NCBI GenBank assembly: GCA_021792335.1
Contig: JAJYUW010000001.1
Coordinates: 16,306 to 80,305 of the forward strand
DNA: 64,000 nt
Direction of reading: 5' to 3'
Source of the DNA: Pseudomonadota bacterium
GTDB lineage: Bacteria; Pseudomonadota; Gammaproteobacteria; Burkholderiales; Sulfuricellaceae
Shown: piece by piece, positions 26,897 through 36,044 of the stretch
How positions within the stretch are numbered: position 1 is the first letter of the stretch
Layout: every line of letters begins with the position of its first letter
Position numbers and translations under genes: made by a program
Notes under the pieces: generated by a model
The model's database searches: none
What the model saw: the letters and a program-made list of their open reading frames with translations, nothing else
Told to the model about the DNA's origin: nothing

Positions 26897-27133
26897 ATGG
26901 CACACAGAGAGGTTGCTGTCTCTTCTGTCGCAGAGTTGGGGAAAATACTTCGTGCGGTTCGCAAGGAATCCGGACTGACCCAACGCGACGCTGCGGCGCT
27001 GTGCAATGTCAGCTTGCCTTTCCTCAACGGCTTGGAGCAAGGAAAAGCTACCGCCCAGATCGGGAAAGTTTTGTCCGTCTGCAACCGTTTCGGCATTGAT
27101 GTCAGTCTGAAACTACCGGGTGAAACGGCATGA
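26897..27133 (+). CDS. hipB: HipB-like XRE HTH antitoxin
   Basis: 'RKESGLTQRDAA..CNVS...LEQGK'; overlaps hipA start. Confidence 0.85.
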   Translation: MAHREVAVSSVAELGKILRAVRKESGLTQRDAAALCNVSLPFLNGLEQGKATAQIGKVLSVCNRFGIDVSLKLPGETA

Positions 27134-28476
27134 GTGGTTTGATTGTCTCGGCCAATGGGATTCCGGTCGGAACTCTGGAGGTCAAGAAAGGGCAGTGGAA
27201 ATTCGTCTACGCAACCGAGTGGGAGGATTATTCACTTTCGCCCAACTTTCCGGTTTCCACCAAAAAATATGAAGACACCGCGAACGACAAGCCGGTCGAG
27301 TGGTTCTTCGAGAACCTGTTGCCCGAAGGCAGGCTGCGAGACCTGATCGCTACTCGGGACAGGATAGATCCTCGCGATACGTGGGCGCTTCTGATCAGAC
27401 ATGGACAAGACACCGCCGGGGCGCTTTCGCTGATTCCCGAGGGACTCGCTGCAGCGACAAAGGAAATCTTGGTGCCACTTTCACAAGAGGCGCTACAGGA
27501 AAAGATCAAGGCTTCCAGAGCGCGTAATCTTCCCTTGATGGCATCATGGGACGAAATCCGCATGTCCTTGGCGGGTGCCCAGGAAAAACTGGGACTGCGC
27601 ATTGACGCCAGTGGCGCGATGTTTCTTCCCGAAGGTTTGGCACCATCTACCCATATCGTCAAGCCGGAAAATGCCAGCGCGGACTTTCCATATTGTCCCG
27701 CCAATGAATTTTTCTGCATGCGTCTGGCTCATGAACTGAAGGTTCCAGTGCCTGCGGTTGGATTGCTGCACCTCCCCGAACCGCTTTATGTCATCGAGCG
27801 GTTTGACCGTGAGCCAATGGAAAAGGGTGCTGACAAAGTCTTCAGACGGCTCCACCAGATAGACCTGTGCCAGGCAATGGGTGTGGCGCCGTCAAAGAAA
27901 TATGAGAGCGAAGGTGGCTTGGGTTTGCATCACTTGTTTGGGGTGCTTCGAGGCACCTTCATGGATCGTCCAGTCGTGGCTGCCAATGCCGTTGTACAGT
28001 GGATTGCCTTCAACTATTTGATCGGCAATCTGGATGCACACGCGAAGAACATCGCCTTCCTGATGCGCGGCCAAAAAGCTGCGGTAGCGCCGTTCTACGA
28101 CATGCTATGCGTAGAGGCATATCTGCCGAGACAGACCATGGCCATGTCCATCGCCGGAGAGAACAAGCCCGGTTGGGTGGAAGGGGCGCATTGGGATGCG
28201 ATGGCCTACGAGGCCGGAGTGGCGCCCCGACTCGTTCGCGGTGTCTTGTCGCGTATGAGCGAGGACCTGCCGGAAGCGATCTCCAAGGTGATCGGAGATG
28301 AACGTCTGTTGCCTGTCGAACGGGATTTCCTGCGAGAGAAAGTGCTTCCCGTCATCGAAGATCGAAGAGGCTTTGTTGCAGATGCGCTCAAGACCCGGCA
28401 GTCTACAATCGCTGAGCTACTGACGAAGCGGGAATTTGATCCGTCGGTAGCGGAGCGATTAGCCAAATTTTCCTGA
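27130..28476 (+). CDS. hipA: HipA-family kinase toxin
   Basis: 'SLAGAQEK', 'ERFDR', 'GNLDAHAKN', 'APFYD'. Confidence 0.93.
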   Translation: MSGLIVSANGIPVGTLEVKKGQWKFVYATEWEDYSLSPNFPVSTKKYEDTANDKPVEWFFENLLPEGRLRDLIATRDRIDPRDTWALLIRHGQDTAGALSLIPEGLAAATKEILVPLSQEALQEKIKASRARNLPLMASWDEIRMSLAGAQEKLGLRIDASGAMFLPEGLAPSTHIVKPENASADFPYCPANEFFCMRLAHELKVPVPAVGLLHLPEPLYVIERFDREPMEKGADKVFRRLHQIDLCQAMGVAPSKKYESEGGLGLHHLFGVLRGTFMDRPVVAANAVVQWIAFNYLIGNLDAHAKNIAFLMRGQKAAVAPFYDMLCVEAYLPRQTMAMSIAGENKPGWVEGAHWDAMAYEAGVAPRLVRGVLSRMSEDLPEAISKVIGDERLLPVERDFLREKVLPVIEDRRGFVADALKTRQSTIAELLTKREFDPSVAERLAKFS

Positions 28477-28518
28477 TGTGTAGTGACGGGTTGGTCAGTG
28501 GCAAGTTTCGAGGAAAAA

Positions 28519-29055
28519 ATGATTGAGGCACCCATCAGCACTCCACCGCAAGCGTACATGGACATCATCAGTTCGCAAATCGACAAAGCGCGGAGTCTTC
28601 TGGAGGCCGGCGAAAAACTCCAGCCGTTCGCCTTTGTTGGCAACCTGACTACCAAGGAAATCATTCCAGTGATGATTCAGCCGGGAAGCGGTGAGGACAA
28701 AGACCAGTCTGCGCGGTTGATCCAGTCGGCGGCGTTGGTATTGGATGCGGATTTCGTATTCGTGATTATGGAAGCATGGGCGCTTCGGCCAGACAAGATA
28801 CGTCAAATGGATGCGATCCTCGACAAGTTCGGAAGCATAGGCTCCTCGCCCTACGCGATAGATGTGTGCGTGTTTTCGCTGGAAACGAGGCGTGGGATGT
28901 GGGCCTCACAACCGCCGATCAAGCCCATGGGAATCTCCAAGAAAAAACGGACGATTGGGGTAGTCGAGTTCCGCTATTTCACGGAAGCGCAAGGCAGATT
29001 TATGCACCTGCTGCCAAAGAAGGAAGACGATGAACCACCGACAATTTTACATTGA
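28519..29055 (+). CDS. Hypothetical protein
   Basis: GAGG RBS before ATG 28519; intact ORF. Confidence 0.65.
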   Translation: MIEAPISTPPQAYMDIISSQIDKARSLLEAGEKLQPFAFVGNLTTKEIIPVMIQPGSGEDKDQSARLIQSAALVLDADFVFVIMEAWALRPDKIRQMDAILDKFGSIGSSPYAIDVCVFSLETRRGMWASQPPIKPMGISKKKRTIGVVEFRYFTEAQGRFMHLLPKKEDDEPPTILH

Positions 29056-29065
29056 GGGCTGAAGC

Positions 29066-29356
29066 ATGAACCGATCAGACCTCATCAATCGCTTGGCCGA
29101 ACTGCATCCTCAACTACTCATCAAGGATGTTGACCTTGCCGTTAAAGTGATTCTGGATTCTATGTCAGATACGCTGTCGCGCGGAGGGCGTATCGAGATT
29201 CGTGGTTTCGGTAGTTTTGGCCTGAATTACCGGCCTCCACGTCTGGGGCGAAATCCCAAGACCGGCGAAAAAGTGAAAGTGCCTGCCAAATATATGCCGC
29301 ATTTCAAAACCGGCAAGGAGTTGCGTGAGCGCGTTATCCTTGCAGCGGGGAAGTGA
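29066..29356 (+). CDS. ihfB: Integration host factor beta subunit
   Basis: '[10 protein letters not shown]', 'GRNPKTGE', '[13 protein letters not shown]'. Confidence 0.93.
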   Translation: MNRSDLINRLAELHPQLLIKDVDLAVKVILDSMSDTLSRGGRIEIRGFGSFGLNYRPPRLGRNPKTGEKVKVPAKYMPHFKTGKELRERVILAAGK

Positions 29357-29409
29357 AGTGTACTGTTATGAAAGCTTTAAAGCAGGACGCCAAGGAAATT
29401 TTCAGATGA

Positions 29410-29853
29410 GTGTATTCCATGGAAGTATATAAGGCGCTCGAACTCAGGAGCATATGTAAGACTGCCGACGATAATGTTGAGGATGTCTGGCGGTCTGAAC
29501 TGTGCGAAAAAGCGCTTAGGGAATACGAACAGCGCATGCAACAGGAAGTACGCGACTCCGCTATGCTACGCCGCCAACGCAAAGCTGCTCGCGCGGGAAT
29601 CGCTGCAAAACGTGTTAAGCGATCTGCCCCGTCCTTGTCTCCAGAAGGGGATATGCTGCTGTTCGATGGGAAAACTTATAGCCTTCACTACGCACACGGT
29701 GCTCTGCAGATTGATCGCTCATTCAAGACGGATCTGCGGAAAAAAGGATACAGCTCAGACGAAAGGCGCGAGATTTTCGACCAAGTGAATCAACTGGTCG
29801 CAAAATCTCCTTCCATTGGCAATATCTTTGGCGCTATAGTGAATCGGGGGTGA
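29410..29853 (+). CDS. Hypothetical protein
   Basis: Intact ORF at the ICE right end; no recognisable motif. Confidence 0.5.
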   Translation: MYSMEVYKALELRSICKTADDNVEDVWRSELCEKALREYEQRMQQEVRDSAMLRRQRKAARAGIAAKRVKRSAPSLSPEGDMLLFDGKTYSLHYAHGALQIDRSFKTDLRKKGYSSDERREIFDQVNQLVAKSPSIGNIFGAIVNRG

Positions 29854-29970
29854 TTCACAAAGTAGGTTATTCATCTGGAATTTTCAGTGCGTACGAACAA
29901 GTTATCTCGTTGATGGCAAATTCTTGTTGAGCGATAGCGATTGATAATAGCAAGGTACAGCAAATTTTGC

Positions 29971-29991
29971 GGATGGTATAAATGATGGTAT
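29971..29991 (+). repeat. Arm-type direct repeat pair (GGATGGTAT/TGATGGTAT, 12-bp period)
   Basis: 80 bp upstream of the att core; same geometry at 45954-45974. Confidence 0.65.
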
Positions 29992-30050
29992 CGCACTTTT
30001 TTGCAGATAAATATTATTTCATAATCAATATGATGCAATGTCTATTGATG

Positions 30051-30065
30051 ATTGAGTGGGAATAA
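30051..30065 (+). other. att core 1, guaA 3'-end-like (ATTGAGTGGGAATAA = IEWE*)
   Basis: GMP synthase proteins end in TIEWE; guaA 3' end is a known P4-like integrase target; lies ~300 bp upstream of the integrase. Confidence 0.8.
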
Positions 30066-30110
30066 TTTTAGGTCTTTCGGCAGCTTTCTCGGACTATCGG
30101 AAAAGTAACT

Positions 30111-30123
30111 TAACTTATTGATT
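30111..30123 (-). promoter_or_regulatory. IHF-binding site consensus
   Basis: Reverse complement AATCAATAAGTTA fits WATCAANNNNTTR; lies between core and arm sites. Confidence 0.6.
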
Positions 30124-30180
30124 TATAATTATTTATATGCCTATATCTATCGGCATCTATCGACGACAAGCAAAAATTTT

Positions 30181-30334
30181 TGTCGGTAATCCTGTCGGTA
30201 AGGGAAGCCAGGCCAATCATCAAAAATTTTTTACCGTCTGACTAATTTCGGTGATGACGGTAAAAAATAGCGTGAAAAGCTAGTATTAATAGTAGTTTCA
30301 GAGCATCATGTGTTTTTCTGACCGTTGACGGTAA
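30181..30334. repeat. Integrase arm-type sites (TGTCGGTAA x2, TTACCGTC/TGACGGTAA inverted pair, TGACGGTAA)
   Basis: Copies at 30181, 30193, 30231, 30255 and 30326. Confidence 0.65.
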
Positions 30335-30361
30335 AATTACCGTTCTCAGGAGGAAGCACCG

Positions 30362-31380
30362 ATGCTGACCGACACCGCACTGAAGAGCCTTAAGCCCAAG
30401 GACACGCCTTACAAGGTGACGGACCGGGATGGCATGTACGTCACGGTCTCGTCGGCGGGCACCGTCACATTCCGCTATGACTACAGGATCAACGGCAGGC
30501 GCGAGACGCTGACGATTGGGCGCTACGGGCCGGGCGGTCTGTCGCTGGCTCGGGCGCGCGAAAAATGCATCGACGCGAAGCGGGCCGTTTCGGAAGGCCA
30601 GTCGCCGGCGCAGGAAAAGCAGCGCGAGAAACGGCGCCTGTCCGAGGCCAAAACCTTCCAGGAATTTACCGACAAGTGGTATGAGGATGCCAGGATGGCC
30701 GACAGCACCCGGTCGATGCGCAAGAGCATCCTTGACCGGGACATCCTGCCGGTATTCAAAAGCCGCCTGCTGAGCGAGATCAGCCCCGACGATCTGCGTG
30801 ACCTGTGCAACAAGGTCAAGGGCAGGGGGGCGCCAGCAACGGCGATCCACGTCCGCGACATCATCAAGCAAATCTACGGTTTTGCGATCTTGCACGGCGA
30901 GAAAGTGGCCAACCCCGCTGACGACGTGGGGCCATCGTCGATCGCCACCTTCGTGCCGAGGGATCGGGCGCTGTCGCCTACGGAGATACGCGTCCTGCAC
31001 AAGGAGTTGGAATACGTGGCTTCGTACCCGACCATCAAACTGGCGCTGCGGCTGATCCTGCTCACGCTGGTGCGCAAGGGCGAACTCATCCATGCGACGT
31101 GGGACGAGATCGACTTCGAGAACGCGCTGTGGACCATCCCGAAAGCGCGCATGAAGGCCGCCAAGGCCCACAACATCTACCTATCGCAGCAGGCGCTCGA
31201 CATCATGATCGCGCTGCGCACCTGTGCCGGTGGCTCGAAGTACCTGCTGCCCTCGCGCTATGACGGCGACAAGTGCATGTCGAATGCCACGCTGAATCGC
31301 GTCGCGCAGATAGTCGTCGAGCGGTCGAAAGCGAAGGGCCTACCCATCGAAAGCTTCAGCGTGCATGACCTGCGCCGCAC
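30362..31380 (+). pseudogene. P4-like tyrosine integrase, truncated after HDLRR by IS3
   Basis: Arm-binding N-terminus 'YKVTDRDGMYV', 'TLVRKGEL', 'HDLRR'; the C-terminus with the catalytic Tyr is absent on both sides of the IS. Confidence 0.9.
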
Positions 31381-31442
31381 TGAGGTAAGCTGGAAAAAAT
31401 GGAGTCCAACGTTTCTGTAAAATGACGAAACGGAGGACGAAG

Positions 31443-31745
31443 ATGGAACGGATGCCAAGAGGGGTTTACACGCAAGAATTTCGGGAGCAGGCAGTGCGCC
31501 TGCATGAGGTTGAAGGGCTAACGATACCTGAAGTGGCAAAACGGTTGTCATTGCCGGGCGGGACGCTGAAGAACTGGGTTTATGCGGCGCGCCGGGGCAA
31601 GCTGGGCGAAGTGGGCAAGAACCAGAAGCCGCTGACCGATCTGGAACTGGAGCTGGCGCGGGTCAAGCGCGAGTTGGCGGAAGTCAGGATGGAGCGCGAC
31701 TTGCTAAAAAAAGCGGCGGCCTACTTTGCGAGGAAGTCGCGGTGA
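31443..31745 (+). CDS. IS3 OrfA (HTH + leucine zipper)
   Basis: 'YTQEFREQAV', 'MERDLLKKAAAYF'; A7G slippery site at 31706-31713 for a -1 frameshift. Confidence 0.92.
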   Translation: MERMPRGVYTQEFREQAVRLHEVEGLTIPEVAKRLSLPGGTLKNWVYAARRGKLGEVGKNQKPLTDLELELARVKRELAEVRMERDLLKKAAAYFARKSR

Positions 31746-32617
31746 AGTACGGTCGAATAGACGAATGGCGACAGCAATATCCGGTAGCGGTGATGTGCCG
31801 TGTTTTTGAGGTTTCAGAGAGTGGTTTTTACGCTTGGCGGGATCGCCCCTTGTCGCCCCGTGCACAAGAGAATGCCCGTCTGGAAATCGAGATTCGAGCG
31901 GCGCACCAGCGCACCCGTGAAACCTGCGGCCCGGAGCGGCTGCAAAGCGACCTAGCCGACCACGGTATCCGAGTGGGCGTGGATCGCATCAAGCGTATCC
32001 GCAGGATGCTGGGACTGCGCTGCAAGCAGAAGAGAAAGTTCAAAGTGACCACCGATTCCAAACACAACCTGCCGGTGGCGCCGAACCTGCTGGACCGTAA
32101 TTTTGCCGTGGCGGCGCCCAACCGGGCGTGGGTAAGTGACATCACCTACATTTCGACTGACGAAGGCTGGCTGTACCTGGCTGGGCTGAAGGATTTGTTT
32201 AATGGCGAACTGGTCGGCTACGCCATGAGCGAGCGGATGACGAAAAACCTGGTCATGCAGGCGCTGTTCCGTGGCGTTTCCGCCAAACGCCCGGCCAAGG
32301 GGTTGATTCTCCACTCGGATCGGGGCAGCCAGTACTGCGCACATGATTACCAGAAACTGCTGAAGCAATTTGGCATGACCGCATCCATGAGCCGCAAGGG
32401 AGATTGCTGGGATAACGCCCCGATGGAAAGTTTCTGGGGAACGCTCAAGAATGAATTGGTGCACCACCGGCGCTACCGTACCCGAGCGCAGGCAACACAG
32501 GAGATCACCGAGTACATCGAGATCTTCTACAACCGGCAACGGAAACAGGCTCGCCTCGGCTACCTGTCACCCGCCGCCTTCACGCAGCGATACTATGCAA
32601 AACAACTCGCCGCTTAA
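31742..32617 (+). CDS. IS3 OrfB DDE transposase
   Basis: 'WVSDITY', 'HSDRGSQY', 'GDCWDNAPMESF'. Confidence 0.95.
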   Translation: MKYGRIDEWRQQYPVAVMCRVFEVSESGFYAWRDRPLSPRAQENARLEIEIRAAHQRTRETCGPERLQSDLADHGIRVGVDRIKRIRRMLGLRCKQKRKFKVTTDSKHNLPVAPNLLDRNFAVAAPNRAWVSDITYISTDEGWLYLAGLKDLFNGELVGYAMSERMTKNLVMQALFRGVSAKRPAKGLILHSDRGSQYCAHDYQKLLKQFGMTASMSRKGDCWDNAPMESFWGTLKNELVHHRRYRTRAQATQEITEYIEIFYNRQRKQARLGYLSPAAFTQRYYAKQLAA

Positions 32618-32650
32618 CTCGTTGGACTCCACTATTGCCAACCGACCTCA

Positions 32651-32883
32651 ATTTTGTCAGGGTCCGCCCATTCGGAGAGCTTGCCGAAAATCAGGCAAAT
32701 CGTGGGCGTCTTGATGTCGGCACACAGATCATGTGCGCGTGCCAGCGTGAACTCGTTCAGTCCACGCCGCGAAGTATGGAGCTGACCGCTGTCGCTCTCG
32801 TCCAGGCGAAGGATCACGCAAGGCTTTGTATGTACGTGCTGCCGTAGCGCGTCGAGCCATGTTCGGTCGTGAGAGGCAGGCAT
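32651..32883 (-). pseudogene. 5' fragment of an unknown gene cut by the IS3 right end
   Basis: ATG 3 bp after the upstream stop; reading frame runs into the IS IRR. Confidence 0.65.
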
Positions 32884-32886
32884 CGG

Positions 32887-34182
32887 TTAACCAATCCCCG
32901 CAATAGAAGCACCGCCGCTGTCATGGCCGCGCTGCAGGTCGGAAACCACCTTTATCAAGCGATTGATTGGCTCGGCTAGGCGTTTTGGCAATATGCGGTG
33001 CTGCGTGTGAATGTCCTGGTCGGCAATCCAGCGATGCGCGACCCAGACATCATCCTCGGGATGGTTGTTGTCCACGCCATTGCGGTATTTGTATCCCACC
33101 AACGCATCGGCGTGCGACAACAGTAGTCGTGCCATCGTCATGTGAAAGCGATGGGCCTGCAGGTCCGCAGGGCCCTTAGGGCGCGGGACAGTCAGGCGCA
33201 GGCATTGATGGTTGTTGAACTGTTCCCAATCGGGGCCGACCACCTGGCCCGCCTGCTCCAGCATCTTGCGCGACTGTTCGCTCTTGCCATTGACGATGGC
33301 GACAGCTATCGCGCCGGTCGGGTAGTCCAGCGTTTTTGCCAGCAAGTTCATCCAACTCACTAGCCGGCGCAAAGTGGCATCGTCCGAGAACACCAGGTAC
33401 TGGTGCCGCTGTTCGCTATCCAGAAACGTCGGCAACTGGGCATAGAGCGGATACAGCAGATCGTGTAGGTAGACATAGGTTTGCCTGCGGCCCTGCTCAT
33501 GGTTGCGCGTCGTGGCGGTCAATGCCTGCTCGGCCCACTGCGCATTGATGTCGTCCATCGTCATCTCGGTGATGTCGATGGAAATGAGTGCAAATCCCAG
33601 TGACTTGCCGATCAGGGCCTTGCGTCCGTCGAAAGCGTGTCCGAGTTCGATTTCAACGCCACCGAGCACCATGGGCTCGGTCTGGATCGGTGGACCGAGC
33701 ACCGCGATATCGAGGCGAAACCGACTGCCGAAAGGCGTATCCAGAGGGTGTTCGGTCACCACCTGATCGGCGCCGAGCAGTAGATTGCCCTCCAGGGGAT
33801 AGTCCGATGCATCGGCGTCCTTGAACGCCCACGGCATCGCAAGACCGGCCGCAAGTCGGCGCGCCAGCTCGGCGGCGATCAACTCTTTCGCGCGGCGGTG
33901 TTCGGGACTCTCACGCACGACGCGCTGCCGGCTGGTCTCTTCCTCTTGGAATTGCGCCTTGAGGTTGTAAGTCTTCTCGGCGGGCAGTTGCCGGAAATGC
34001 GAGCGCCGACGCAGCTTGCCGTCCTCGAACGAGGGGCTCACCCAAGTCACCATCTGCTGGATCGCACCCGGAGCTACCAGGGGCCACAGTTTGCGCGCGT
34101 GCTCGCGGCTGCGGACCTCGCGCGCGGTGATTCGTATCTGGAAGAGGCCCTTGCGGGAGAAGACGACGACGGCTTCATCCAT
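32887..34182 (-). CDS. CoiA-like / PD-(D/E)xK nuclease-fold hypothetical protein
   Basis: 'SHFR', 'ESPEHRRAK', 'E...RFRLDIAV...GVEIELGH'. Confidence 0.6.
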   Translation of the reverse strand: MDEAVVVFSRKGLFQIRITAREVRSREHARKLWPLVAPGAIQQMVTWVSPSFEDGKLRRRSHFRQLPAEKTYNLKAQFQEEETSRQRVVRESPEHRRAKELIAAELARRLAAGLAMPWAFKDADASDYPLEGNLLLGADQVVTEHPLDTPFGSRFRLDIAVLGPPIQTEPMVLGGVEIELGHAFDGRKALIGKSLGFALISIDITEMTMDDINAQWAEQALTATTRNHEQGRRQTYVYLHDLLYPLYAQLPTFLDSEQRHQYLVFSDDATLRRLVSWMNLLAKTLDYPTGAIAVAIVNGKSEQSRKMLEQAGQVVGPDWEQFNNHQCLRLTVPRPKGPADLQAHRFHMTMARLLLSHADALVGYKYRNGVDNNHPEDDVWVAHRWIADQDIHTQHRILPKRLAEPINRLIKVVSDLQRGHDSGGASIAGIG

Positions 34183-34211
34183 GGTCGAAATGAACTCTGG
34201 TGGCCATCATG

Positions 34212-35048
34212 TCAAGGCCCAGGCAAGTCAGCGGCCCGAACCACACGCAACACTTCGCGGAACACGTCGTCGTAAGATGGCAGCTGGCTCATCTGGTGTG
34301 CTAGGCGGTTGGTCCAGAGTCGACGCAGCCGGTCTTCCTTGGCCGCAATAGCCTGCTCCATGCCGGCCACGGTACGTTGTCGCAATGCTAGCTTGGCATC
34401 GAGTTCCGCGCGAAGCTCGGCAATGCGCAGGTCGGTCGCGTCGAACAAATACCAGAGGTCATACAAGTCTCGCGGCTCGTTGCGCGCCCGATCACTCAAG
34501 GCCAGCAGCTTTTCAGCCACGATCTCCTCGATGGCGTAGACCTTCACAGTCGGTCCTGCGGGTAGGTCGTCAAAGCTGTCGTAGGTGCGATGAATCGGGC
34601 GATCTTGCAGCGGGAAGCACAGGACTTCGTTGATTGTGATGTCAACCTTCACGTCGTTCGCGGCGGGCAGCGGCCCCTGGTAGCGTAGATAAAACGTGTG
34701 ACTGTTCTGGTGGCCGTGGCGGTCTTCGCGGTCGAAAGCGATTCGCAAGCCGCAGGCGGCCTCAACCGCCGCAAAAATTTCGCCCAACCCAGCAAGGATA
34801 TCTTCAAGGGTGATCGGACGGGTCAGCGTGAAGTCCAGGTCTTCCGAAAACCGATAGTCCTCGAACCAGCAGCGTCGTAAGGCCGTGCCACCTTTGAAGG
34901 CCAGCACGTCGCGTAACGGATGACCGGCCAAACCGGTCAGGAACCAGGCCAGCACGTAATCGCGTTCGATGACGGCCTCGGGGATGCGCCGCCCGCCAGC
35001 GGTCACCAACGTGTTCGAGATCAGGGAAATGTTGCGTTGAGGAATCAT
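34212..35048 (-). CDS. abiEii: AbiEii nucleotidyltransferase toxin (type IV TA)
   Basis: 'ERDY', 'FKGGTAL', 'RFSEDLDF', 'AEKL', 'RDLYDL'. Confidence 0.92.
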   Translation of the reverse strand: MIPQRNISLISNTLVTAGGRRIPEAVIERDYVLAWFLTGLAGHPLRDVLAFKGGTALRRCWFEDYRFSEDLDFTLTRPITLEDILAGLGEIFAAVEAACGLRIAFDREDRHGHQNSHTFYLRYQGPLPAANDVKVDITINEVLCFPLQDRPIHRTYDSFDDLPAGPTVKVYAIEEIVAEKLLALSDRARNEPRDLYDLWYLFDATDLRIAELRAELDAKLALRQRTVAGMEQAIAAKEDRLRRLWTNRLAHQMSQLPSYDDVFREVLRVVRAADLPGP

Positions 35049-35908
35049 CAGCCAAGCCTCACGGCATCCAGTTCTTCGGGAGTCACGTTGAGCTGGAGCC
35101 GCCAACGTGAGAGGAATGCCCCCTCGGCGGGGAGCAGTGGATCAAGGCGCTGATAAGTTGCCGTCAGCATGCCGCGCAATGGTTCCAGCGCCGACGCATC
35201 GGCCAGGCCATAGTGTTCCAGCAGGTAGCCGAGGCGGCGCACGACGGCGCCGACGCCGAGGCGTCGTGCGTAGTCCACCAGTCGTTCGACTTTCAGTACG
35301 TCCCGCTTCATCCACAAGCCCTTGGCGACTTCGGTGATGCCACCGGTAAATGCCGGGTGGCGCAGACCGTCGATGATCGTGCGCTCCATGTCGCTGATCA
35401 TCACGAAGCGCTCCTTGTCGATCCAGTGCTTCATGATCCCGAATTCTTGCTCCGCCTTAATGTGGACAAACCGAAAGTCATAGCCGCCCACCGTCTGCGG
35501 ACGGATGCGCCGTGTGCACGACACATAGACGGTGAAGGTCGGCTGCGTCACCATGCGATGCAACTCAAGCGCGGTGCCGTGCGACAAAAAATAGGGCGCT
35601 GCACCGGCGAGTTCACACGCGATCAGATACGGGCTGTCGATGTGCTCAGTGGCCCGGCCGAGTTCGAATGGCACGAGGTTGTACAGGCCAGGCTTCAGTC
35701 GCGTGACCAAGCCTCGCTGCTGGGCCTTGTGCACGAGATTGCGGGCCGCCGCAGCCGATAGGCCAGTGATCGATTCCACATCCGCCAAGGTGAACGTAGA
35801 CCGGCGTAGTTCATTCAGCTCAGTGAAGAGCTGCGCTGCGCGCGGGCCTAGCGTCTTCGTTTGTAAATGATATTTTGCGCTCAATATGCACCTCAAAAAG
35901 AAACGCAC
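35048..35908 (-). CDS. abiEi: AbiEi antitoxin / transcriptional regulator (exact start uncertain)
   Basis: wHTH 'RLKPGLY', 'YFLSHGTALELH', 'SDMERTIID', 'RRLGYLLE'. Confidence 0.88.
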   Translation of the reverse strand: MRFFLRCILSAKYHLQTKTLGPRAAQLFTELNELRRSTFTLADVESITGLSAAAARNLVHKAQQRGLVTRLKPGLYNLVPFELGRATEHIDSPYLIACELAGAAPYFLSHGTALELHRMVTQPTFTVYVSCTRRIRPQTVGGYDFRFVHIKAEQEFGIMKHWIDKERFVMISDMERTIIDGLRHPAFTGGITEVAKGLWMKRDVLKVERLVDYARRLGVGAVVRRLGYLLEHYGLADASALEPLRGMLTATYQRLDPLLPAEGAFLSRWRLQLNVTPEELDAVRLG

Positions 35909-36044
35909 TGCGCGGTAAATATAACATCAACGATACTCAGCGGCAAGTTTGTCTCCCTTTAGGAGACAAAATGAACGTAAAATGTAATAATTAAAATTCA
36001 AAGGTAAAAATCGCCATAGGCTGCACCAAAAAAGGGAGTGCTCG

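Larger units (their letters stand above)
1..30065. mobile_element. Right part of an F-type T4SS / MOBH integrative conjugative element; left end lies outside the window
   Basis: Large set of F-type tra genes plus MobH relaxase; ends at a guaA-like att core preceded by a 12-bp-period GATGGTAT repeat pair. Confidence 0.85.
31381..32650 (+). mobile_element. IS3-family insertion sequence (1270 bp), no target duplication
   Basis: IRL TGAGGTAAGCTGGAAAAAATGGAGTCCAAC vs IRR(rc) TGAGGTCGGTTGGCAATAGTGGAGTCCAAC; TG...CA ends. Confidence 0.95.

Noticed and set aside
30242-31171. 309-aa antisense ORF over the integrase
   Set aside because: Antisense shadow with no motif or RBS
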